DNA from: Octopus bimaculoides | Taxonomy: Eukaryota | Assembly: GCF_001194135.2 (NCBI RefSeq) | Contig: NC_068981.1 | Coordinates: forward strand, 194,670,912 to 194,734,911 | Length of the DNA stretch: 64,000 nucleotides | Direction of reading: 5' to 3' | Part shown: in pieces, positions 13,701 to 24,534 of the stretch | Layout: the number at the start of each line of letters is the position of its first letter | Position numbering within the stretch: the stretch's first letter is position 1 | Position numbers and translations under genes: made by a program | Notes under the pieces: model-generated | The model's input: only the letters and a program-made list of their open reading frames with translations | What the model was told of the DNA's origin: nothing | The model's database searches: none

Positions 13701-16700
13701 CACAAGGCTTTCGTTGGCCCGAGGCTATAGTAGAAGACCCTAACCTTAACTTGCCCAAGGTACCATGCAGTGAGACTGAACCCATAACCATGTGATTGGT
13801 ATGCAAATTACTAACCACACAGCCACTCCTGTTTTATTTCTGTATCCGTTTAGCTTTCTAGCCACTTTCTCATGTTTCTATCTCTATTGACCAATGTCCT
13901 TCCAGTGGCCTTGTTCTTATATCTTACTGACCAGAAATTTACTATTGACCTTCAATGGATCCAATTTCCTTTCCAGATCAGCTGCTGGTTCCGTTTCATC
14001 TTGGGTGATCCCCCAGAGGGTCTGATGCAGCGACTGCTGTGTTGCTGTCACCAAGCCATACACAAACAGGCAACTTACCAACACTTATGGAAACATGGAG
14101 TGTTGATACGTGCTGGGGAAGTGATGCTTTGCATAGAATACACATCAGGAAACATCAAACGCTTCCATATAACTGGTCGCATCAATACAGACTTCCAAGG
14201 AAGCGAAGCAACGGCTATACAGATGACGTGGCTTAAAATGGCTCCCCTCATTCTGGCGGCCATTTCCATGCTCAGTTCTTTCCATGGTTTAATGTATAGT
14301 ACCTACCTGGTGCCATTAGGTAAATATTTCTATGAACCCATTGAGACGGCCACTGATTCCACTCACCAACATGTCTTCTCAACTGGAAGCTGTCTAAAAG
14401 CATGGACTCACAAAAAGCCTTTGATTATTGAAAGAGAAAGAATTCTAAAAGTCGATCATCTTTTTCCATTTGAAGGTAAGTTTTGGTTCATTCCAATCCT
14501 GTCCAAATGTTCTTTAACCCCAGGCTAACCTGGATCCAGCAGATCTATGATCAAAGACATTCCATTTCATTCTTGGACTGTCATGTTTTTTTATTTTTTA
14601 ATCTTTTACTTGTTTTAGTCATTAGACTGTGACCATGTTGGGGCACCATCTTGAAGAATTTCCATTTGAATGATTGAACTGCATTTTTTTTTAAAACCTG
14701 GTACTTATTCTGTCAGTTTTCTTTGCTGAACCACTAAGTCATTGGGATGTAAACACATCAAAATTTCCACTTCTTTCTTTTTTTTTTATTTTTATTTTTC
14801 TAAAATTTTCGTTGCGTTTTGCAACTTTTTCAATAGAAGACCAATGGAAGAAGCAGCACTGTTAGATCTCAGAATGTCAGATATTGTGGAAGAGATAAGA
14901 TCATACTGTATGGTAATAGATCTCTCCCACCCAAACTAGTCTGGGAAAAGGAAGTGAAGTTGACACTGGAGTTGACTTAATTGACTAACCATTTGAGACT
15001 AAATTTGTGATCTTGTATCTATGTCAGAAACAAATATAATTCTGGATTCCAGCAGGGGCATTCATGCATCTACTCTACAACAAAACACCTATATCTGTCC
15101 CCTCAATACCTTAAATCTCTCAACTTGCACAAAACCACAATCCCACAACACTACCCTCCACTCCCAGTTGAAGGGCTTTTGTCTTGCAAGATACTTGGTG
15201 ACCCTGTCAGTGCTGGGGCCGCATAAAAAGCACCCTGTACACTCTGTGAAGTGGTCAGCGTTAGGAAGGGCATCTGATCATAGAAACCAGCCCAAAACAG
15301 ACAGTGGAGCCAGGGACAGCTCTTGGCCTTGTCATCCACTGCCAAACCATCTAACCCATACCAACATGGAAATCGGATGTTTAATGATGATGATGATGAT
15401 GATGATGACTTCAATCCTGTTCAGGACAACTTTGCCTTTCCTCACAATGGATTTGATGAAGTATCAGTCAAGTACCAGAGCCCTTGGCATTAACATTTTC
15501 CCCCCAAACTGCAGGCTTTGTGGTGGTGCTGGTGGGGCAATGTAATTAACAATCACCTTCTCACTAATAATTACTGGTCTTACACCAGAATTTAAAGCAA
15601 TTATCATAATAGTTAATGCAATAATAAGAACATGGAAGACAAGATTAAAAAAGAGTTAAAAGTTGTAAATTGTTGTATTAATATAATTCCTCCTCTCCCT
15701 CCTCCTCCTCATCATCATCGTCATCATCACCACCACCACCACCACCACCACTACCACCACCATCATTATTTAACATCCATCTTTCAAGCTGGCATGGATT
15801 GGACGGTTTGGAAGGACTCAATGAGCCAGAGGATTGTACTGGGTGCCAATGTCTGCTTTGGCATGGTTTCTATGGCTGGATGCCCTTCCTAATGCCAACC
15901 ACTTTACAGAGTGTACTGGGTGCTTGTTATGGGGCACCAGCCCTTGTGATGTCATCGAATAACTCACAAAACAAAGAAAAAAGACCTTCAACTGGGTAGG
16001 GTTACAGTTTTGAGGAAGGTGGCTTTATGTCAGGAGTTGAGAGGATAAAGTATGATGGAGGGATAGACACATGAAGTCTTCTATACAGAAGATAGATGGC
16101 TACCCTGTATTATATAAGGGTGGGTGGGAACAACTTGAAAGAAGCCAATGATAGTGGTGACGAGGTGTCAAAATGTAATTCAACTCCAAAATACATATTA
16201 GTGTATTGTTAGTGGAAATATAGAAATATTTACCGATTTCTTGTGATTCTCAGATTGATGTAGTTCCAATTCAATATTGAACTTTGCTTTCTTTTTCTTT
16301 GTTGTTTCTAGTACAAAAATCTGTTGGTTCCATCTCTGTTATGATGGAATTCATCCTCTCCAAGAAGGAAGAAATCTGCTCCCAGAGTGAAGAAAGTCCA
16401 TTGATTGTTGATAACTACTCAGCAGCAAGATGTTCCACTCAGATGGCAGTTCCAAAGACCAAAAAGAAAGCGATGCTCCAAATAAAATGGAAATTAGATG
16501 AAGAAAATAAAATTGTCCAAAAAACGAACAACAACATGGCAGGTGAAGGTTTGTCTGTAAAAGACAATGGTAAGAATTCCTGTATAGGGTCTGATACTTC
16601 AAAGGGAACACTTCAGAACCTGAATGAGACTGAAACTGGGGTTTCGAATGAAAATGAAATTGATGGAAGAATAATGAATGGTCGAGTGATGAGTGAGGAG

Positions 16701-16979
16701 AATGAGAAGTCTATAACTGTGAGGATTGCTTCTAGTTTTGTGGCGAGCATAATGGTAATGGCTCTAGCACAGCACCTTGTGGAAGAATCTTCAGTGTCTG
16801 TGGGAAATATTGCTAAAATCACAGCTACAACTGCAACTGCAGTTCAGGCTGGTGACATTGATGCAGCCGTGAATGCAGTGTTTGATGTTGTGAATAAAGT
16901 TAACGACATGCTTGAGGTAAAACCTTCTAGCCCCAAAAATGAGGCCCCCCGCAAAAGTAAGTTTTGTATCTTAATGTAA
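3281..16979 (+). CDS. Roco-family (ROC-COR) protein, MFHAS1/MASL1-like; 5' part not identified or outside the window; multi-exon
   Basis: Phase-consistent GT-AG exons: 3281-3432, 4550-4626, 6431-6550, 7220-7389, 8449-8563, 9770-10000, 11674-12171, 13977-14475, 16312-16979. Peptides RIFLLGTTKSSKRSLL (P-loop position), IEIWELSDNQ, VFQKIHPIYYTSTALYVIT (cf. LRRK2 EFYSTHPHFMTQRALYLAV), a helical ROC insert ending KLLTQLLHTRPKLPKQVHV (cf. MFHAS1 HFQYLLNHRLQILSPVLPV), and COR-like PPEGLMQRLL...LWKHGVLI. Family call rests on recalled sequences; orthology not tested. Confidence 0.8.
4662..5240. mobile_element. Fold-back (palindromic) element with hammerhead cores in both arms; probably Penelope-derived
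   Basis: Arms about 250 bp, centre near 4916. CTGATGA..GAAA core on - at 4824-4868 and a degenerate core on + at 4974-5018. A single partial arm recurs at about 32915-33127. Confidence 0.75.
4824..4868 (-). ncRNA. Minimal type-I hammerhead ribozyme motif
   Basis: Minus strand: TCTGTG CTGATGA AGG-caaataac-CCT GAAA T-CGTA-A T A CACAGA. Stem I TCTGTG/CACAGA, AUA triplet. Activity untested. Confidence 0.6.
5608..5824. mobile_element. MITE-like element with about 60-70 bp imperfect inverted repeats
   Basis: TTATGGGGTTACTGTGGGTTTCTCACTCATAAGGGATTTAGC is mirrored by GCTAAACCTCTTATGAGCGAGAAACTCAGGGCAACCCCATAA. Confidence 0.5.
6651..6871. mobile_element. piggyBac-like MITE
   Basis: TTAA|CCCTTTTGATACC ... 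GTAACGAAAGGG|TTAA; the same family is at 8132-8351, 47375-47530 and 47551-47738. Confidence 0.75.
7942..8098. repeat. Degenerate minisatellite, about 29-bp unit x5
   Basis: Recurring AAAGGGTCAGTTACCTACCTGTGATT-like unit. Confidence 0.5.
8132..8351. mobile_element. piggyBac-like MITE (second copy)
   Basis: TTAA|CCCTTTTGTTACC ... GTAACAAAAGGG|TTAA; internal sequence matches 6651-6871. Confidence 0.75.
11297..11620 (+). mobile_element. tRNA-derived SINE with conserved central domain
   Basis: A box TGGCACAGTGGTT, B box GAGTTCGATTCC, then TCCTTGAGCAAGACACTTTATTTCAC. The 3' part recurs reversed at about 33905-34075. Confidence 0.65.
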
Positions 16980-17556
16980 AAAAACCCCCCAGAAAATAAA
17001 TGAACTCACAAACACATTTGTTTTTAATCTTTTCATCAGGGGAGAAGTTAGTGTCTATGACCTGTAACAGGGAACTCTAAGACTAGTGGAGGGGAGGGGA
17101 GGTGGATGGAATCCATAAACCATAGATCAAATACTAGCTGCAGATTAGACTCTACTTATGGCACCAAAAGTATTGTGGCAAAACGACAGGAGATATGGCT
17201 TAATTCTTATGATACCAAATGCATTTGGACATACGATAGTTTAACATAATAACAAAGAGAGATATATATATATATATATATATATCATTGCTATTACATT
17301 AAACTGTCGTATGTCCAAATTTGGGCAAATGTGTTTTTTGAATTTCTACTTTTGGTTGCGATAGCTGATTCTTTTGGTCAAACTATCGTATCGCCAGCTG
17401 CTTCAGATGCCAAGAAATCAAAAATTGTTGAAGTGTAGAACAGTTTTTGCTATGGAATGGTGAAACTATTTTTCGTTTTCTGAATAAGCAACGTTTTGAA
17501 CTTACGACACTTCTGCATAATAGCAATGATATATATATATCATCATCATCATCATC

Positions 17557-17598
<42 letters not shown>

Positions 17599-17601
<3 letters not shown>

Positions 17602-17725
17602 GGTGTCCACAAAGTCTGGGTACATGGAGTAAATAAAATCATAACATAAACAATTAAATATAAGAAATAATAATTTCTTAAAATATGTGTTAATCTCCTT
17701 GTACCCAGACTTTGTGGACACCCTG
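17599..17725. mobile_element. Tc1/mariner-type MITE, 127 bp
   Basis: Perfect 26-bp TIRs CAGGGTGTCCACAAAGTCTGGGTACA, inserted in a (TA)n tract. Confidence 0.85.
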
Positions 17726-18329
17726 TATATATATGAATGTGTATATTGATTTGTTCATGTGCATGCATGTGTAAGTGCTGAGACATGTCCGTTACATGCA
17801 TTGGTATATGTTTGACTGTCCATATATGGTATATACACGACAATCATAATCTTGGGCCTAACTGGGTGTCATTGTTTTTGAAATACCTCGATTTGAATGA
17901 ATCCTACGAACACTTGATTTTATCACCATCATCTTTTAACATCTGTTGTCCATGCTGGTATGGGTTGGACGGTTTGACCAGAGGTAGCAAGCTGGAGAGC
18001 TGCACCAGGCTCCAGTCTGATTTGACATCCAGTCGTAGAAACCAAACTAAAGGAGACAAGAACTTAGTGCAGCCCTCCAGCCTTGCCACGTCTGGTCAAA
18101 CCGTCCAACCCATACCAGCATGGACAATGGATGTTAAAGGATGATGATGATGACGATGATGACGATGATGATGATAAACTCCAATGACCCCAACATTCCT
18201 CTTAACAAATACACACACACACACACATATGTTTTGTTATAAATAAATAAATAAACAATAAATCAAATACAAGTAGAAAAATTTAATTTTCAGTTTTGAA
18301 ATTCCATGATATTGAGGACAACAACAACA

Positions 18330-18600
18330 ACAACAAAAACATGCAGATAAATAAGAGCATGGAAGCGGTGGTGGATATGGCGGTGGCAATGTTTGTTACT
18401 GACGATAATGATGAGGATGATGATGATGATAGTGATGGTGGTGGTGGTTCTTGTAGTGATGATGGTGATGGTCTTTCTCATAGTGGTGGTGGTGATGCTG
18501 CTGCTTATTATGATGATGATGGTGATGAAGGCGGTGGTAGTGGTGGTGGTGGTGGTGGTGGTAGTTCTTGTAGTGATGATGCTGATGATGCTTAATGTTC
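18330..18600. repeat. Compound (GAT/GGT)n microsatellite downstream of the BAP1 stop
   Basis: Direct reading. Similar large arrays at about 57110-57510 and 61790-63050; many (TA)n, (CA)n, (GA)n and (CAT)n tracts throughout, most gaps being bounded by them. Confidence 0.9.
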
Positions 18601-18735
18601 ATGTCCAGATGACAACCAAACACACTGACATCATTGTTGGTCATAACTGCAGGATGCTCCACCACTCCACTACTGACCACCACCACCAACAAAACATGAA
18701 ACTTTCCCTTGTGCAGCCGATACAGTACAATCTCC

Positions 18736-19415
18736 TCATCTCCTACGTTTGGTCCGAGCACGTTTGCGTCGGTCAGGTCCACTGCTCGGCAGCTTACTAA
18801 GCCGGCCAACACTCACACCTTGTCTCTTACTGGTCAACATGTGTTGCTCCACCAGTTCGGCCAGATGACCCTCTTGGGCCAGGAAGGACAAGAAAGTACA
18901 GATGAACTGGTCATAGCTGTGTGTNNNNNNNNNNNNNNNNNNNNNNNNNNNNNNNNNNNNNNNNNNNNNNNNNNNNNNNNNNNNNNNNNNNNNNNNNNNN
19001 NNNNNNNNNNNNNNNNNNNNNNNNNNNNNNNNNNNNNNNNNNNNNNNNNNNNNNNNNNNNNNNNNNNNNNNNNNNNNNNNNNNNNNNNNNNNNNNNNNNN
19101 NNNNNNNNNNNNNNNNNNNNNNNNNNNNNNNNNNNNNNNNNNNNNNNNNNNNNNNNNNNNNNNNNNNNNNNNNNNNNNNNNNNNNNNNNNNNNNNNNNNN
19201 NNNNNNNNNNNNNNNNNNNNNNNNNNNNNNNNNNNNNNNNNNNNNNNNNNNNNNNNNNNNNNNNNNNNNNNNNNNNNNNNNNNNNNNNNNNNNNNNNNNN
19301 NNNNNNNNNNNNNNNNNNNNNNNNNNNNNNNNNNNNNNNNNNNNNNNNNNNNNNNNNNNNNNNNNNNNNNNNNNNNNNNNNNNNNNNNNNNNNNNNNNNN
19401 NNNNNNNNNNNNNNN

Positions 19416-19463
<48 letters not shown>

Positions 19464-20438
19464 TAAGTTGTATATAAACTCAACAACATATACACAAACC
19501 CACAAATATAAACACACACACACACACACACAAACACAAATCCACAGACACACAGGTCTTACCTTGTATTTGTTTCTTTTGTCCACTTCATCTTTCAGGT
19601 TGTTCTCACAGGTCGTTATCTCTTTCTCCACGTTCTTCATCAAATCATACAAATCCTGTGCATAAATAAATAAACGATTTATTATTTCTATAGACACCCA
19701 TTCATACATACATCTACTATATCTCATCACCATCATCATTGTTTTAATGCTCAAGGTAGATTTTCTACAGCTGGATGCCCTTCCTGTCATAAACCCTCAC
19801 CTGTTTCCAAGCAGGGTAATATTTACCCATACATGGTTTTCCTTGCAGATGGAAGGGCATCCAGCTGTAGAAACTCTGCCAAATCAGATTGGAGCCTGGT
19901 GTAGCCACCTGGTCCACCAGTCCACAGTCAAATCGTCCAACCTATGCTAGCATGGAAAGCAGACATTAAACGAGGATGATGATGATGGGAAAGGAAGGAT
20001 ATTGTTTCTATGATGTTAGATATACATATATACACAGATATATACATACATATATCATCATCATCATCATCATCGTCGTTTAACGTCCGCTTTCCATGCT
20101 AGCATGGGTTGGACGATTTGACTGAGGACTGGTGAAACCGGATGGCTACACCAGGCTCCAATCTAATTTGGCAGAGTTTCTACAGCTGGATGCCCTTCCT
20201 AACGCCAACCACTCAGAGAGTGTAATGGGTGCTTTTACGTGTCACCCGCACGAAAACGGCCACGCTCGAAATGGTGTCTTTTATGTGCCACCCGCACAAG
20301 CCAGTCCAGGGGCACTGGCAACGATCTCACTCGAAAATCCTACAGGAGCCAGTCAGGCAGTACTGGCAACGGCCACGCTCATACACGTAAATCATAAATA
20401 TATACACACACAATGTACATACACATACATATATACAT

Positions 20439-20471
<33 letters not shown>

Positions 20472-23400
20472 CACACACACTCACACACACAACTAGCTTC
20501 TTTCAGTTTCCGTCTACTAAGCTCACTAAAAGGGCTTTGGTTGGCCCAGGGTTATAGAAGAAGATACTTTGCCTAATGTACCACATGGTATGACTGAACT
20601 CAAGACCACAGGATTGGGAAGCAAGCTTCTTAACCACACAGCCACACCTGTGTGTGTGTGTGTGTGTGTGTCTTGACATAAATGTGCTAAATGTAAACAA
20701 AATATTTTAACAATTTTTCTTTTTATACAATTCCTAATAATAATTCATTACAAAAGTTTAATAGGATTTTTTTTAAACACCAAATTATTATGAGGTGGGT
20801 GGAGGTGGCCATGTAATTAAATAGGGACCAAGGGTAAAGAATAATTGAGAACTGCTGATCTAACCCATGCAAGCATGGGAAAGTGGATGTTAAAACAATG
20901 ATGACGATGATGAGAGCTAACAAATCTCTAAGATTTTTGAGCATCTTCAATTCCTTTCTTATTTTGGCTCCAGTTCTTATCCAACATCCACCTCTAACAT
21001 TAATTAGATCACCCAGGTAACAGAAACAACCAACTCTTTGTAGTGAGTTATCTGAGTAGCTCAGGTACTCATCTCTTAGGCACCTCTACATCTAATCACT
21101 CCTGCATATCTATCTGTTCATGAGGTACTCTGTTAATGAAGTACCTTGTTCATGAGGCACTTTTTTCATGTGGTACCCTGTTCATAAGGTACTCTGTTCA
21201 TGCTGTACCCACATCATGAGGCACTTTTTTTTCATGTGGTACCCTGTTCATGAGGCACTCTATTCACAAGGTACTCTGTTCATGAAGCACTTTTTCATGT
21301 GGTACCCTGTTCATGAGGCACTTTTTTTCATGTGGCACTCTGTTCATGAGGTACCCTGTCCACGAGGTACTCTAATCATGAGGTACTCTGTTCATGTGGT
21401 ACCATGTTCATGATGTACCCTGTTTATGAGGCACTTTTTTCATGTGGTACCCTGTTCACGAGGTACTCTGTTCATGAGATACCAGTTCACGAGGTACTCT
21501 GCTCATGTGGTACCCTGTTCATGTAGGAGATAAAAATGCTGAAGTAAATAAATAAAAGATTTGTAAAACAAACAAAATCAACAACAACAACAAAAGATAT
21601 AAAAAAAACAATACGAAGCAATAAGCATGTTGTTACCTTTGGAGTAAAGGCTTGTCTTGTGTGTTGTTTGGTGCTTGACCGGGGATGGCTTGAGGGGTTA
21701 ACGGGGTTTGGTCGTGATGCACTTTCTTCTTTCACCGGCCGTGCACTTGAGGACTCTTTGCTTGGCTGACTGTCACATTCCATTTTCTCTTCTTTCACCG
21801 ACCCAGCTGGGTCCTTTACTGCTTTCTCCTGGTGTGGGTCGGCTGGTCTGCTCGGTGTGGCTGCTGTGTCCCCCTCGGACGTCAGAGAACTGTTTAATGT
21901 TGAAACAACAGGAACAATGTTGGGCGAATTGATCACACTGCCTGAATCTGAAGCAGTGTCAGTGCTTTCACTGCCGGGGCCAGACGAGCCCCCAAAACGG
22001 GTTTCAATTTTAAGAGGTTTCGTCACATCCGTAGAGGACACAGTTTTCGGCAGAGTGACCTCCCCTTCCCTGTCATCAGTGACTGCGATGTGTATTTTGA
22101 CGTTACTTTCTTTAACGGTGTGTAACTGGTGTCGTTGTAGGTTCTCTGCAGAAAGTCTAGTAACATCAGCTTTGGTGGAATGTGGGGGTAAGGTCTGAGG
22201 AGGCTGGAGGGTAGCGGATGGAGGCTGGGGGTTAGGATCTGTTAAGTTATTTTCAGTCTCTTTATCCTCCATTGGTTTCACCTCCTCCAGGATGGGGCTC
22301 TTGGCATAATTATGACTGTCGAGAGCAGCAGGAAGCCTTGCAGTGATCGTGGTCACAAGAGGAGCAGTGCTGGTAGCTGAAGTGGAGGACACTGAAGTGG
22401 TGGCATTAGAAGTGTCTTCTGGGGTGGCTTTGGTCTCGTTTGGTTGTGTTTGGGAATTCAGTTTGGAAGCAGGGTTAGGGTTCTGTTGAGCTGCAGATTT
22501 GGAATCTGTGTTTGCGTTTCCTTTGTCGGAGCTCTGATGAACTGGAGACATGACTTTCACCATCTGTAAATAACGGCATTAACAAACAAGAGAGAATAAC
22601 AGAGAAAATAGTGGCAAAGATATGAAGAGCAATTACAATATCAACAACACACACATTACATTCTCTTTCACAATGTTCATGTATTTACACAAACACATAC
22701 ACACATATACATACATACATGTATATATATATATATACATCTGACTCACCTACTCTATATCCTACCCTTCTCCCTGTTTTAACTCTACAGCAAGACACCT
22801 ACTCCTGTCCCTTTATACCTTTAACCTTTCATCGACTGGCACAAAACTCCCCTCTTCTCCTCAATACTACTCCCCACCGCCTCTTGGTTGAGGGGATTTT
22901 ATTTTGCAAGTTGGTGACCCTGTTGCTGCTGGTGCCACGTAAAAAGCACCCAGTACACACCGTAAAGTGGTTGTTAGCATTAGGAAGGGCAACCAGTTGT
23001 AGAAACCACGCCAAAACAGACAATTGGTGCCTGGTGCAGCTCCCGGCCTTACCAACTCCTGTCAAACTGTCCAACCCAGACTGGAAAACAGATGTTAAAT
23101 GATGATGATGATGATATCAGGATAAATATCAAAGAAAGGAGTTGGAAAATCATTTTAATACTTCATTTACAACCATTCCATCGTTATCCAATACAATCAA
23201 TCTTGTGTAATGCTGTAATCATTCCTGCAGCTTTTGATTAATTTTAATATGCCACATAGACTTTCTCTTATAACACATGTTCAACATAATTCCTTGGAAT
23301 TCTGTAAAAAAATACTATGCCAGTTGGCTCTGAAATTTCCTAAAAATACACACTCCAAGTTGGGTGTGTCCACAAGGGAATATCTTACTATAATTGGCTT

Positions 23401-24492
23401 CATGTCTGTCCATCTGTCTGTCTGTCTGTCAATGACCTTTTCATGGTCAAACGACTGGTTACACTTGCATGAAACTTGGCAGTCTTACTAAGGACGTCTT
23501 GAGAATAGTTTATATCATGTTTAAAATATTTTATTGGAAAGATTTGCTACACTGTTTCGATTCGTATGAAACTAAGGAAGCCATTTCCGTATACATAAAT
23601 AAAAATAAATTGTATGGAAATCAGCCACAGTAACAAAACAGAACATCTTATTAATGGTAATTTTTTACTGGGTACCTCAGCTAGTATATATNNNNNNNNN
23701 NNNNNNNNNNNNNNNNNNNNNNNNNNNNNNNNNNNNNNNNNNNNNNNNNNNNNNNNNNNNNNNNNNNNNNNNNNNNNNNNNNNNNNNNNNNNNNNNNNNN
23801 NNNNNNNNNNNNNNNNNNNNNNNNNNNNNNNNNNNNNNNNNNNNNNNNNNNNNNNNNNNNNNNNNNNNNNNNNNNNNNNNTATATATATATATATATATA
23901 TATCATCATCATCGTTTAATGTCTGCCTTCCATGCTAGCATGGGCTGGGCAATTTGACTGAGGACTGGCAAGCCAAGGGGCTGCACCAGGCTCCAATCAG
24001 ATTTGGCAAGATCTCTACAGCTGGATGCCCTTCCTAACGCCAACCACTCAGAGAGTGTAGTGGGTGCATTTTACGTGCCACCAGCATGAGGGCCAGTCAG
24101 GCGGTACTAGCAACGGCCACGCTCAAATGGAGTTTTTCACGTGCCACCTGTACAGGAGCCAGTCCAGCAGCACTGTCAATGACCTTGCTCGAATGTTTTC
24201 CTGTACCACCGGCACAAGTGCCAGTAAGGCAACGCAGGTAACGATCACGCTTGAATGGTGCTTTTCATGTGCCACCGGCACGGGAGCCAGACAGCTGCTC
24301 TGGCAACGATCCTGCTCAGATGGTGCTGTTAGCGCTCTACTGGCATGGGTGCCAGTCATCAAATTTGGTTCGATTTCGATTTCACTTGCCCCAACAGGTC
24401 TTTGCAAGTAGAGTTTAGTGTCCAACGAAGGAAAGGTTGGCATGGGCGCCAGTTGTCGAGTTTGGTTCGATTTTGATTTTGATTTCACTTGC

Positions 24493-24534
<42 letters not shown>

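Noticed and set aside
18296-18812. Long poly-His/Asp/Gly/Val ORFs here and at 57059-57551 and 61723-63149
   Set aside because: Translations of trinucleotide microsatellites; no splice or homology support.
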